Shown here piece after piece: positions 13,761-27,980 of a stretch of 64,000 nt of DNA. The position numbers were made by a program, and so were the translations under genes. The stretch is taken from positions 15,068,001-15,132,000 of the forward strand of contig NC_087263.1 in the NCBI RefSeq assembly GCF_037042905.1, in the 5' to 3' direction. The stretch is from Lytechinus pictus. Its lineage: Eukaryota. A model generated the notes under the pieces. That model ran no database searches, was not told where the DNA came from, and saw nothing but the letters and a program-made list of their open reading frames with translations. Numbering within the stretch: position 1 is the first letter of the stretch; the number at the start of each line of letters is the position of its first letter.

Positions 13761-15593
13761 TTAAAAGTTTAGCCTACTTTCCCAAAACAGTTATATGCAC
13801 ATCTTGGATGGATGGTACGTACAAATGATTGAAACATTGACATCATTTACTAACTTTTTCTTTTGTATCTTATTGTATCAAATATGAAATATTTCAATTT
13901 TCTAATTATTGAATGAACCAAAGTAGTTTCAAATAGTTTCAAAGTTTTTATTTCACTGTGATGTGATGATTTTTTTTCTTGTTTAAAGACGGCAAACATG
14001 AAAATATTGTATAATTCATAAAATAATATACAAAATAAATATTAACAAAAGTTTGATTAAAAAAAAGAATTGGACCCAATAAAAAAAAAGGTTCAATTTT
14101 TTAGTCTATGGAAATATACACATCTTCGGTTTAAGGAAAATATTAAAAAGAGGAACTTGTTTAGGCCTAAAAATAATTGATTATTTGGGTAAATTGTTTC
14201 GTCATGCCTCCATATACAGGTACTACGCAAAATTATTTTACTTTTATTTTTAGTATATAAACCAGTATTAAGACTTTCTTTTGAATACAAAATGCATACT
14301 ATTTTTTTAAATTTCATTTGCAAGAATACATATTTTGTCTTCCTTTCCCTTAAATCTAATTTATTCACACTACAAAAATCGAGGTGAAAAGTCCTTCTGA
14401 TTCTACTTTAGTACAATTTATCAACAGTTTCTATGAGGCAGGCAAAAAATAATGTTTTATTGTCGGAGGCTTCTTTTCACAATTTCACAATGTTGTCTAA
14501 ATCTCCAACATTACATGTAGATAAGTTTGAATGGGAATTTTCAATTGATCTTTTTTTTTTTTTTTTTTTTGGGGGGGGCTCTTTTGAGTAATTCAGGGGC
14601 AAAATTGCCTTGAGCCCCAGTTTATTTTCCCCTGCTATTTTTCTTATCACACAGACAAAAATATCATTTTTCATGATCAATGTCAATATGCCTTAATATC
14701 TTGCAAACCTCATCATTCCCTCATAGAGCTTTTACTCCTTTTTTAAGCAAGCTACGCATTTCTTTTCTTCATATTCTACACTGATTTGAAGCAATGTATG
14801 AATTGTGAGAAGAAGCATGGTATGATTACAAGTACTTTATGAAAAATGCACTGTAAAACCAATGAAGAGTTTTCCTTCCTCTAAACATCATGAAACACTG
14901 AAAATAAAATAACTGTTAGTCAATTGAGCACATTGATCATGTTGTTGATGAATATGTGCATATTTTCAACATCAATTGTGTCACACTTTTATTTTTTTTT
15001 TCAAAATGCAACAGTAAAAGCAGTATGAGCTTAAGGATACAAAACGTATTCTAAAATTTTAAATACTGTATACCCAGATATCAAGCATAAATATACAAAT
15101 GTCCCATGTACATCTTAAAAATTCAACTATATTTCAGAATAAATGTTGTCATAACTATGCATAAATATAAAGCATGTTTGCAAATTCCCTTTTCCCCCAA
15201 AAGTTGCTAGCATTTGCAAACTTGTCTTTAGCATTTGCAAATATGGTTGTACTATGATGTTGCTGAAGTTCTCTTTTTTAATAGCCAATGGTAGCGTCCA
15301 CATGACAAAATGACTTCTACATGTACATGTATAAAAAATGAATTCAAGAAAAAAATTGTGAATCAAACATCTGCGAACATATTTTGTTCATGTTTTAAAG
15401 CAGCTCGCAAACAGCTTTTGATTACACAAACAAGCGTTTGCAACACTCATCCAAAAAGTTGGCAAATCTAAACACTGCTACAGTCCCAAACATACGTTCC
15501 TCGGTGTAATACATCCTAGCAGTGAGGATAAATTTCATTATTTCATAACTCCTTTATAAACCCAAAATATAAAACAAATAATGATTAATTTAC

Positions 15594-15623
15594 CTTTTGC
15601 CCCACTCCCAGCTTTGGAGGTAG
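15594..15623 (-). CDS. NAV: Candidate 30-nt microexon of NAV (A-T-S-K-A-G-S-G-A-K)
   Basis: GC-richer 30-mer in an AT-rich intron with AAG/gtaaat donor. The acceptor ttttgctttatggtcaaag is weak (AAG). Symmetric phase 1, and the composition matches adjacent exons. Confidence 0.45.
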
Positions 15624-17623
15624 CTTTGACCATAAAGCAAAAATGGAGACCGTTAGTATCATTCAATATTTTTAACTATTCACCGCAAACCATGCACTTA
15701 TATACAAACAGGCATATAAAAAGAGCAGTATGAAAAGGTACTATTAACCAGTTCACTTATTTTAATAGTATTAAACCAATCACACATAGCTTTTGAGGTT
15801 ATTTTAATTGATGCATCCCCTTCTAAAATTCTAACTCATCTTGATATTAGACCCACAACTTTGTCTTCCTTTCTTTTTGTCTCAACAGGTTGACTTGGCG
15901 AGACCCAGGTCACCGTTTTCTTGTTCTGTCCTGCTTTTCATTTCTTCAACTTGGCACACTTTGAGTTTTTAATTTTTAATTTTTTTTTTATAATTAACCA
16001 CAAAAAATTGATAATTTTGCAAAAAAGCTGTGTGAAAGAGGTCTTTTAAATCTCAATCTGGGTTTAGGAATAGGGCTGGTTAAAGGAAAACAAGGCAAAA
16101 TTTAAGGCCTATTTTAATACTTGATCAGTTACGTAATTAGGGACAGTGATTTTCTAGTTTAACAAATTATCTTTTTCTGTCCTGGAAACCTGTAAATCCA
16201 TTCCAAACTTGATTTTAAATGGAAATTTTGTTTTATAATAGAAAATGTTGTACAGCAAATCAAGCAATCATTAAATTCCTACAGGTTTCATGGGGAAAAG
16301 GCATAGTTCTAAAATAAGAGGATTATATATTAGTGCAAAGGTACCCCAATAGACGTTTAAAAAAAGGAAGGCCTTTGTATTGCCAGAAAACGTCTCCAGC
16401 ACAAGGTAAGTTTAGACTGCCACCTGTTTTTAAGGCTTAAAGGTGATTACAATAATGATCTCTTAATTTCAAGAAATATAGAATTAATTACATGTATTTG
16501 TTGCTATGTTAAAAAAATGAACCCTCCTAGATGCCAATATTCATGTTTGCTATACTGCTATTAAAGGTTATTTCTATCGCTACTACTCCAACTACTACTA
16601 CTATTGTCTTTTAGTACGACTTTTATGGCCATTTTTATGAAGGCATTCTCTCAATTGGCATTAATGAATAAATCTATTGCATTGATTATTAAACTTTTAT
16701 GATTTGATTTATCAGAAATGCTAAAATATTACATTATATTCTTGCCCATTTATGTACATGGGTCAAATAGCAGGGAGTCAGTCAATCTTTATAAATAAGC
16801 AAGTTATAATATTGGGGGTTTTGCAGATTAATTGTGCACTATTATCTCATTACATCCAACCAATATACTTCCCGATTATAATATATAACCATGTTCTTAT
16901 ATAAGAATACAGACACAAAATGAGTAGCATTAATCATTGGAAAGCCCACACAGCACAGCAAACTAACCAATAAATCTATAATCTGTAATGTCAGTCACAC
17001 AAGGTCCTTCTGACCACAGGGTTAATACTCATTCCATGCTAGATTAGATGCGAAAGGGCTTAAAATCCATCAGTTCAAAAAATTTGCCCATTCAATATTG
17101 CTGCATAAAATCTGTTAATCTTGTTTGAATTTAGAGTGAAAAATATACTCGTTGAAATTCAAATGAGATACCTACTGATTATGGTCAGATTCATTGCAAA
17201 ATTCTTCTAGTCCATAGGAAAGAAACATGCTGCATATCAACTGTAATACATTTCATGATTTCCTGAGGATCTGACTGATATAGCAACACTGGTTCACATA
17301 CAATGTAGACCATGAACATGTATGAGTGCACTTTCTGTTTTGGAACCCCACACACCGCACACTTCATGCAAATTCAAAATACAAGGAAGGAAAAAAATGA
17401 ATGAAAAAACCGGGGAAAAACGTTGAAAATACGTGTGTGATGATCAACAGTAGCAAAATTGAATTGGCAACAAAATGAACACGATTAAAGAAAGTTGTAA
17501 ATGGAAAATAAGTCATTCATACTACACTGTAAATAAGGCTGAATATCAGTTGATTAAATGAAAAATTTAGAAAATATATTGTGAAGTATAATACACGCAG
17601 AGTATATTTGTTGTCTTATTTAC

Positions 17624-17641
17624 CTTTCCTACGAACATTGC
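17624..17641 (-). CDS. NAV: Candidate 18-nt microexon of NAV (G-N-V-R-R-K)
   Basis: ttaac branch-like motif, pyrimidine tract, tttgcag acceptor and AAG/gtaaat donor. Symmetric phase 1, no stop. Confidence 0.5.
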
Positions 17642-18774
17642 CTGCAAACGTCGGGTGGAGAGGGACAAAGGTTAACATATTTTTAATTCAAAGGACAATT
17701 CAATTAATTCAATTTATGTTCAAAGGACTCCATGAATGGAAGCAGAATTAATGAATAATGAGGAGATTTCATGGCTTCCGGAATAAACCTGCAAATGGAA
17801 AGTTCTGCATTTCAGCTTAGAAGCCTTCCATGTTGAGGCCACATACATCAATGAATACAGGGATTCTCTGAGCCAACATTTTGTGGTATCAATTAAAAAC
17901 GTCCTGTTCTCCGCAATTTCCTTTTATCACTATTTGATTTAATATGGAAAGCGCAGATAAGGGGACTGGGCTAATGATATAATATTCAATCATGTCCTTG
18001 ACAAAGAGAAACAGAGATGAAGAGAGAGGAAATAGAGAAGCTAGAACATAAAATGCAGAACTTTTGTTAATGTGGTTAAGAAGAAATCGAATTTCTCAAG
18101 CATTGCAAAATGCCATGAAATTACATGAAGGATCATTCAGCCTTCTTAAATACATGTACATGTATCTCTTAAAAGACATTTTGAAAATGAAAAATAGATG
18201 TTACAATCATATTGTTCAGAGGAATTTGAACAGTCATAGCTATGACAAATTTACATTCTATCCTTTTTTCCATTTTTCTGATAAGTAGAAAATATAAACA
18301 TTTCTGTAAAAGTCAGTAAGAAAAAAACCCAACTTTTTTCTGATAGGTAGAAAACACAAACATTTCTGTGAAAGACAATAAGAGAAAAATGCTATTTTTT
18401 ATAGGTTCATGTAGAAAACACAAACATTTCTATAAGTCTGAAAAGAGAAAGATGTTACAACTGGGTTTTTTTTCTGACTGGTACAAAATAAAATTATATC
18501 TGTCAAAGTCTGTTGCTCCATAAAAAAGATCATTCAAAAACTTGATTGCCATTATAGAGTACCAGGACATATCACGCAGACCTATAAAAGAAGTTGCTAT
18601 CATCATTTGCTCATCACATTAACACCACAACAAAGCAGGTACCTCAGAATCACTTTTCATGCGTTCATTCATAAGAGTAACATTTAAGTTTGGTTATTTC
18701 TTGCCTTCATGCAGCCATACAATGCCTGAACTTCCTTGAGGATGTATCAAAGACCACATGCAGTAGATCCTTAC

Positions 18775-19906
18775 CTGAGTTTTGTGAGGACGAGCCAGCC
18801 GGAGGCTGCCGTCGTACGACCCCAGCAGTGCTTGTACCCCCATGGCTGGACCTTGTCTGGGGCTTTGGCATGCTGGTCACTGACCCGCCAGACGATCGCC
18901 CTGAAGAATGATGATAGCCGGAGCTGCTAGCTCCGCTCTGACTCTTTGCCCCGTGACTGCTGGAGCTACTGACTGTGCTAAGGCTAGTGGGTTTTGGAGG
19001 AACTCGTTCGGCGGGCGAGAGCGAACGCTGCTTCGGGACTTGCCCTGTTGTTCGCCGCTGCTCGACACTTACAGTGCTACGAGATCCGCTGAGGGCACTT
19101 TGTCCGAGCTGTGTCTGAGGGTTGGGAGTGGAACGTCCTGATGTTTGTGGATTTGGTGTGGCCCGTCCTGATGTTTGTGGATTTGGTGTGGCCCGTCCTG
19201 ATGTTTGTGGATTTGGTGTGGCCCGTCCTGATGTTTGTGGAGTTGGTGTGGTCCGTCCAGATGTTTGTGGATTTGGTGTGGCCCGTCCAGATTTTGGCGT
19301 GTTGGCGCTACGGGTCGCTTCTCTTTCCTGCGATGCGTGTCCTTGCGTGGCACGGCCTCTGCTGGGATTGCTAGATCCGTTCAACAGAACGTGCGAAGGG
19401 GGCGACTGTGACCGCGAGCCTGCCCTACCTGAACTCTGTGTCACTCTCCCTTGATTCGGCGTCTCTCGACCTTTACTTGTCCCGTTATGTGTGGCACGTC
19501 TTGTTGACTGATTCGGGGCAACCTTTGCCTGTTGCGTCACTCCGTTACTATTCCCACTATGGGCTTGTCGTTCAGTCTGTTTCTGAACACCGTTTGTCAA
19601 GTTCTGTGAAGACTTGTTGAGTCCTTGATACGAGCCATTGATCCTTGGGGCAACTTGTCCTGCTATGTTGTTGTTATTCCCATTGGCTCGGCTTGTTCCA
19701 TTGGGCAAAGCACGCCCTGGAGTTCTGGTTGAGCTTGAGGCCACCGGGTTGGAGGTGGCCGATGGGTTGTTCGTTAATGGCTGACCAACGGATAGATGAG
19801 TTCCGTTGACGGTGGCCTGAGGACGGACGGCGAGACGGGCACCTGTTGCTTTCAGTTGGGCGGATGACGGCTTGGAATGGCCGTTGGGACGTGGAGGTGG
19901 AGGAGG
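18775..19906 (-). CDS. NAV: Neuron navigator large low-complexity exon (S/T/Q/R/P-rich, with 6 x SGRATPNPQT)
   Basis: 1132-nt open frame between a tttttttctag acceptor and a gtaagg donor. Phase 0 to 1, compatible with both neighbouring exons. Confidence 0.85.
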
Positions 19907-20104
19907 CTAGAAAAAAAGAGAAAAAATTTATGAAGTAATGAAAAGGAAAAGAATTATGGGACATCATAAGAAACTAACATTCAATTCCAAATCAAGCAGA
20001 GGTACATGTACCAAAATCAAGCCTACGTCTTTTGACTGTTTGCAAATTTGTAGTTGATGTGCAACCATTAGTCACTGAACATTTGAAGAACAGAATGATG
20101 ATGA

Positions 20105-20390
20105 TAGTAATAATAATAGGCATTTGTATAGCGCCATCTATCTAGAAACAATCTATTCTGAGGTGCATTGTTATTATTATTTTTATCCTGGCTTTAGCTC
20201 GAGCTGCCTTTCAGCGCTCGTGCATTCAAGGAATTAATCCTCCCGGGTACCCATTCACCTCACCTGGGTCAAGTGCAGCATAGTGTGGATAAATTTCTAG
20301 CTGAAGGAAAACATGCCATGGCTAGGATTCGACCCCACGACATTCTGTTTGAAGGCGGGAGTCAGTACCACTAGACCACGACTTACCCAC
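20105..20390 (-). mobile_element. tRNA-derived SINE
   Basis: Reverse-strand copy of the family at 45709, with A/B boxes, ACCCAGGTGAGGTGAATGGGTACC and a TAT tail. Confidence 0.85.
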
Positions 20391-21693
20391 AATATATTTA
20401 TAATTTATATTTATAATTAATTGAAGCTTTTGACATGCACTTACCTGGGGAAATTCAGAATAAATAGTGCACTAAAATGAACCAACATAAAACAGAACAT
20501 CAACCCAACATAAACCATGAAATAAGACTATATTCCTACAAAACTGTATCTTACCTTTAAGGATCAAGATAAAAACAACAAAAGTAGGATATGCAAATGA
20601 CACTGAGAACCCTATCTTTGTATGAAGCTTCTACGCAGCAACATGAATAGAAGTGTACAGTAAAAAGACAAATTATTCCAAAGAGTGGCAGGTCTCAGAG
20701 AACAATGTAATGTTATAAACTGACTTAAAAGTCCATGTATTCTACTTCAACAGTTCTTCATGTAATAGCAATGAATTCCTACACAAGTTACAACCTTGTC
20801 ACATGTATGTTTTCCTTGTGTAAGTATTAAGGAATGACAATTAACCTTTGTAAAGATTTTTTTTCTTTCAAGAAATGGTCATATATGTAGCATGGTCTTT
20901 GTTTGGTTGTAAACAAGGAAATAACACCTGTATCCCACACAGCCAACAATAGAAGTGATACTTATAATGTTTGCATAGTTGAGGGCCTATCCACCTTAAG
21001 ACTATTTTATACTATCTTATACTTGACTTCAATGCACCTTGCTCTTATAAGCAAATATATACATGTAAAAGGGTGGAGAGTGGTCAAGTGTGGAATGGAG
21101 GGGGATCATGAAGTCATTCTTATTATAAAAAAAAACACGTTGGAAGTCAAAGGTGCACTGAATAGGGCAAAGTAGAAGGGAGGGGGGGGGGTGAGAGCAA
21201 TTTCTGTATTAAAGGAAAAAGGGGTGGGGCAAGAGTGAAAGGGGAGGGGGTAGGGGTCATAAAGTCATTTTGATTCAAGATGAAGCAATGGCGAAGTGAA
21301 TGATGCACTAGACAAGGCAAAGTGTAGGGAGGGGGGGGTGAAGAGACATTTCTGTGAGGGGAAAGGGGCAAGTGTGGAAGGGTAGTGGGCTCATGAAATC
21401 ATTCGGATGTTGAGGAGGATGCACTGAATAGGGAAAAGTAGAAGAAAGGGAAAGATCAACATTTGTGATGGAGAGGGGAGGGGTGGGGTGTGGGTCAAGT
21501 GCGGAGTGGGGAGGGGTCATGAGGTTATTCTTATTTCAATTAGAACAATATACTGTACATATAGGATATGGAGCGGGTAAAAACTGAAAAACCCAGAATC
21601 CATTTTATTTTCTCAGACACATGTGCATCTCAGGTAGTGTTTTTTTGAAGGGGGTCAAGATAAAGATAAATGGATGTTGTTTTCGCAACTCAC

Positions 21694-21857
21694 CTGAGCA
21701 TGTTTCGCATTCTGCGCTCGTTGCTGGGCTACTGTTTTCCCGCCTCCTGCGGCGGCTTTCTTGCGCCTTTCTTGATCCTCCTGCTGAAGGAGCTGTTTGT
21801 AGCGGGATAAGGAGAAGAATAGTCCCAAGACGGACTTGAGGTTGCCTTGATGTAGAT
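21694..21857 (-). CDS. NAV: Neuron navigator CH-domain exon 4 (DLHQGNLKSVLGLFFSLSRYKQ...)
   Basis: Contains the diagnostic GNLK..LGLFFSLSRYKQ. 164 nt, catcag acceptor, gtgagt donor, phase 1 to 0. Confidence 0.95.
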
Positions 21858-22059
21858 CTGATGGATGGAGTAGAAGCATGACGTGGAATTAAATGGATGG
21901 GGCTATGTTAATGAACTGTCTATTTCTCATTAGAAATAAGAACAAAAATGTGTCAATACAAATATGCAAATGACCTGTAATGTAACATAAAAACAAACAT
22001 TGTCATAGCAGTACGGCCATCTCCCCCCCCCCCACCCACCCACCAAAAAAAAATTTAAG

Positions 22060-22400
22060 TAAATAAATAATTAAATGAAATAACAAATGATTGAATGAAT
22101 AAATATAAAAAATATACAAATAAATATATAAATGGATAAATGAATAAATAAATCAATCAATAAATGAATAAATAAATAAATGAATAAATAAGTGAATGAA
22201 TGAATGAATGAATAACTAAATAAATAAATAAATAAATGAATAAATAAATCAAAGTAAAGAAAATAAATAAAAATAATAATAAAAGAATACATAAATAAAT
22301 AAATAAATAAATACATACATAAATCAATAAACAAATGAATGAATGAATGAATAAATAAATGAATAAACGAAAGAATAAATGAAATAATAAGCACAGAAAT
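22060..22400. repeat. Degenerate (AAAT/GAAT)n repeat
   Basis: Directly visible. Confidence 0.9.
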
Positions 22401-22433
22401 AAAATGCAATAGAAAATAAAGAAAAATACCTAC

Positions 22434-22506
22434 CTCTTGCTAAAAGACCATCAGTTGCTACTCCTTTTGAGTTTAGACATCCTAAACATTTCTCAATATT
22501 CTCTAT
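22434..22506 (-). CDS. NAV: Neuron navigator CH-domain exon 3 (IENIEKCLGCLNSKGVATDGLLAR)
   Basis: 73-nt exon with tcttgcag acceptor and gtaggt donor, phase 0 to 1. Resembles NAV 'IENI..CL.FL..KG....GL.A'. Confidence 0.92.
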
Positions 22507-24769
22507 CTGCAAGATAAAAAATGTATGAAAAAAAATTAAACATTTTTGATATCCACAGATTAATAATAATAATAATGTAAGCATAACAAAATCATAACAA
22601 GGTACACAATATCAAAGCTTTCACTCCTCCCTCCACGAATATTTTTTTAAAATAAATAAAAGATGAACAATGATAAACAGATATGTACACATATATATGA
22701 CTATATGTAAATGTACATACGCCTGTAAATGAACAATTAAGCATAAAGCAAGATACATGTACAAGAAAAATGGTAGATAAATCATAGAAAACATAGATAA
22801 ATAAGATCTTTGCTTTTTAAGGAGATTTGTGTTAAATGAAATTGTTCAAGAGTTTTTCAATGTTCCCTATTTTGTTTCATGTCTTTTGATGGTTGAAAAA
22901 AATAATAAAATGATCCCTCAATACATGTACATCAGAGAGAGCTTCATGTAACTACATTGTAATTGTTAAAAAAAAATCAAGTTTCCTTGAAATAAGTCAT
23001 GCTAAATATTTCAGCATCTCTATCTAGTGACAGCTATAACATGCAAACTCTTCCATTTTGAATAAAATCCAAATTATTGAGGATTTGCCAACAAATATGT
23101 CAATAAAAAAGAAGAAAACGTGATGAATTTGAAGATTCAATATTTGAAATCTAGACTACATTGGTTACAAATATGTTCGGCTCTCTTGTTCCTTTTTGAC
23201 ATTAAACAAAGTCTAAAGGTTGGTGTCAACTGACGGAGACGACAATAAGAGTTTGCCGAAGTCAAATGATTGTCAAAAAAACTGAGAAACAAGACAAGAA
23301 ATACTCAGACGCTTAGTTGTTTACTCGGTCCTGGGTTATCATATTTGTTTGGCAATAATTGATAAATGACTGTTTAGTGAAGATAACAGAGGATAAAAAC
23401 AAATCTTGGCTCAAAACACCTGCTCCTATTGTTAACAATGAACTTGATAACAACATTTCTTTTAATGTCTTTACATTTCTGACTGTTCAAGTCCAGTGTT
23501 GGTGTTAGTTTTGGAATTTGGATTGCTTGCCCTAGCTCCAAAATCTATTCTGAGTTTGTAAAACTGATCCAGATCACACTATTGACACCTCAACAACTAG
23601 CAAGTGAATTTTCAGGACCATCTCATTTTATGCTTGGTATTATACTCGTGTCAAAATTGACCTAACACCAACACCACAAGGTCAACACTGAACTTAAAAA
23701 ACCCAATGCATATAACACAGCTAAAAAACAAATGCAGCATACTCCTATAGAAAACATCACTCTGCTGTAGAGTTTCAATACTGTATAATGCAGCCAACAA
23801 AGAAATACATATTTTTGTTTCTCTCAATGATAACATCCTCATAAAATACAATCCTCCAAATTAATCAATTCCTATTAAAAGAAAATATCACTAACCATAG
23901 AATCACATTATTATAGCATGCAGGCCTCAATCTATCTTAGATCAAAGTGAGTTTGAAAAATGATGACAAATTCCGAGCGCCGGTACACAAATCAAGTATT
24001 TCTCCTCAACTAATTTAATGAAAATTCCTGACATTTGAAAACTAAAATCACAAAATACATTTACAAGTACCCAAAACAATTTCTCAAAATAAAATGTTTT
24101 ACTATGATACCCTCTCTACATTTATCCATAAAAATATGGCAAAAGTATTTGCTCTGCAAAAAGCACTGTCGGACAATGGAGACAGGTAAATACAGCAATG
24201 AAAAGGATGAGTAGAAATTTGATTCAATATGAATAAATTAAACCCCGTTTGCCCCTTCGCATTTAAAAATGCTATGTATCATATGACACATAACCATTAA
24301 GAGTGTAAACATCTACATGTAATCAAGACCTATACACAGCTCTACCTAACGCAAGAAGCCCCCACAGACTCCGACGACGCACTCGCATCAAAATGGTATC
24401 GCATCAGATATCATACAAGCAAGCAAGAGTGTACAACCTTCACACACGCTGGCAAATTATGCAGCTGGTTTATTTATAACCCTTGATGTAATTTCTGCTC
24501 TTGGTGACTGACGTTGTTACCCCATATTCCGCATCTAGCGATGGAGATCGATGTAGCCTCGCTACAAGGCTCAGGCGTGAATGGGCAACCTTGAATATTG
24601 ATTGTTTACAATATGTACTGTAAATTGAAATGAAAATCAATGATCGTTTCTTGCCGGCTAATATTTTGTTTAGAAGAAATTGATGCTGCACGTAGCTTTG
24701 GAATACTATAGGCCTATATTACCAACTAAAAAATTATATAATATATTTATCTCTTATTTAAAGTTCTGA

Positions 24770-25170
24770 TAGATCATTGATACAAGACTAGTGGGAGGAT
24801 GCAGATAGCAAAATGCAGTGAGCATCCTTTCATCTAATTCATGCGAGGTTTGCATTTGGTAATGTCAAACCAGGCGTATGAAAAAATGAAGGTTACTTAA
24901 TATATTACTGCATTTTGTTTACAATTTTATATTTTGAAGAGGCTCATCTGAAAATCTATTTATAATAATTTGAATAAATTACAATAAATAATTGATACAA
25001 GACTAGTTGGAAGAGGCAGATCTATAGCAAAAGGCATCTAGCATCCTTTCGGTAAATTCATGCGAGGTTTATAAAAATGTAATGTTAAATCAGATGTATA
25101 AAAATGAAGGTTACTTCATATACTGCCTTTTGTTTATATTTTTAGATTGTGAAGAGGCTCATCTAAAATC
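24770..25170. repeat. Diverged tandem duplication, 2 x ~215 bp
   Basis: attgatacaagactagt...gaagaggctcatct repeated at 24776 and 24991. Confidence 0.8.
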
Positions 25171-27980
25171 AGTATACCGATAAAACAGAGCTGCCAACCT
25201 GAACTAGAACATGTACTCAGCATTTTCAAAAGCTGAAAATCAGTATTTTGGTGAGGAAATCATTATTTTCAAAGAAATACCATAGGACAACACATAAAAC
25301 AAAATTTAGAAATCAGTAGTTTGCATGAAACTGTCCGTTTTCTTCTCATTTTATCAGTACTATATACGGAAAATACGTACTACTTGGCAGCGCCGGGTAA
25401 ACAAAAATAAATATATACCATTAAATTGTTGTTTATCAATTCCTATCTGAAAGTTGTATGGAGTGTTGCAAGGAAATTGTGATCGATTGCAATTTGCAAA
25501 CCTATAAGGATTCCCCAAATCAATCATACAATGTCTGTCTTTGATACAAGATCTCGGTCTTGTCACGACCAGTTTGAAATGGCGTCATATTCTGTAGGTG
25601 TGTGTTTTTTTATATCAACATTGGTACATGTATATTACAACACCATGGTGCAGGACAAATTGTCACATGGGCAGTATGAAATGATGTCACATATTTTACC
25701 TTTTGCATCTTTATTACCATAGCCCTGGAAAGTAGGAGTGCTGAAGCAGCCCCAAAGATTTTATAGGAAGCACCCCTTGGAAATCAGATTGACAAGCCCC
25801 CCTCCCCACCTCAACAACAACAAAAAAATAATAATATTTAACATTTATATTAAAGCGCTTAATATTCATTGTCTCCAAGCACTGGATACATCTAGTAAGT
25901 GCATGTAAGTTGAAGAGTTGCATAAAATTAACAAAATACTATAAACTTCAATGACTACTAAAAATTAAAGGAAAAATGTAACAAATAACTACAAAAGAAA
26001 GGTTTATAGTGCTCTCAAATGACAAATATTTGGGAGTAATAACCTTTTTGTCTTTTTTTTTGCTTGTCAAATTCTTTCTGATGACAAATCCCCTGAACAA
26101 AACGCCCAGCACCCTTATTTAGAAATCATTCCCAAGGCCCCAATGAATGTTATGGAAATTAGCTATCGCAAAAAATCCTGTCACACCTTTTCTTTTTAGC
26201 ATTTTGAAAGACATCTAATTTACTACCGAAAAACATTTCTTGAATGCAAATTGCGTTTCTATCAAACAACCAAACTTTGAAGGGTAAGCATTTTCGGTGA
26301 ATAAATGGGGGCGTTGTAATTCAACCTTAAGCAGGATGATAATTGTATTAACATCTATATACGTGATTGACTGCTACTAAATTGCACTTACACCAATCAA
26401 TAAATGCCCACACCGCATGTTTATATTATCCGACACAATAATATGGCAATTAGCAAAGTTAGCCTTCGAAAAGGGTATCATAACACAAAATAGACTTTAA
26501 AATCAATAGTACAATATGGCAACTCATGGCTATTGAGAGACTCGTTTATTTGCCAAAAGCTGATACAATTATGGATAATCTATATTCTGGTGTATTTTTA
26601 CACAGGTGTTTTTTGTCTTCATAGATGCCAATGTGGAGATAATATTCAAATTTTTATATCTCACACCTGATGTTACTGATATAATTATGAATTATCTATA
26701 TTCTGATCTACTTGTAATGTGGAGATAATATTCAGACTCTTATACTTCACACCTAATGTTACTGACACAATTATGGAGTGTCTATATTCTTGTGTCTTTA
26801 TAAACAGGTGCATTTCATTTTTACAGATTTTATTATGGAGATTATAATCATATTTCTATACTTCACACCTGATTTTACAGATAAAATGATGAATTTACAT
26901 GTATCTTAAATTTGTAGAAAGGTGTTTTGTTTTCACAGATGTTGATGAGGAGATGCTATTCATATTCCAGACCTATTATTAATATTGTAGATGCTTTTTT
27001 AATACTGCGTAGCAAAATTCATGGATGTTTAGTTAATTTTGCTTCACTTTTATGTACATATATTTTTGTTTTTAATTTCAACAGACTTCATACATTTTTG
27101 CTGTAGGTCCCTATGAACAAAGTTGGAAAAATAAGTCATGTTTTATTGTTCTATATTTGCTTTAACTTGTTTTCAACTCAAAGGTTGTTTTTAACCCCCC
27201 CCCCTTTCGTTCCCTTCTCTCTCTCTCCCTCTTTCCTGTATAAATGCATCAACCCATTTCACTATCTTTCACCCCGCCCCCTCATTCTTTATCTTTCTCC
27301 CCAATTCATTTCTTCTCAATTCTCTATTATGTCTGCATGCACAATATGGTGGAATTATCCTTGTAATTGTGTTTTAATTGTCCCTTTTTATTCTTGTCTT
27401 TCACCCAAAGCATGTTTAACACCCCTTGCCCTCTCATTGAGGTGTAATTATATTGATCCCTTTCCTTTCATTTTACTACTTCTTCCCAGTCAGCTCTTTC
27501 TTTGTCCCCTCCCCCTTCTCTCTCTCTCTTCAAATCACTCTCTTCCTGAACTCCATTTAATACCAATAACCATTCCTCCATTCTCTGTCTTTAGTTCTTT
27601 TTGTTTTTCTTTATTTCTGAATGTTTCTTTGTCTGTCTTTCCACAGATGCTCCCTCTCTGTAAACTTCATACATGTATGTGTACATTCAGGAATGGATCC
27701 GGAGTCAGACTTTTAAATTATAGGGTGTGGATATATCTGAAAAACTTGACAAGCAATGCCCGCCCCACCCCCCCCCCAAAAAAAAGTCATCACTCATGTT
27801 ACGAGGTGTGCAATTACGATATATTTTACATGGTTCCCCATTAGGTTTTCGGATTTTACTGGGTGTGCACCCCCCCCTGGATCCGAGCCTGGCAATGTCT
27901 TCATCTCCCCCCCCCCCTCCTTCCTCTTCATCTTTAGTTTTTTCCCTCTTTCTCCACTTCTCTCTACAAGACATGTGCAC

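Noticed and set aside
27113..27844. 243-aa plus-strand ORF
   Set aside because: Pyrimidine-rich low-complexity sequence with no domain features.
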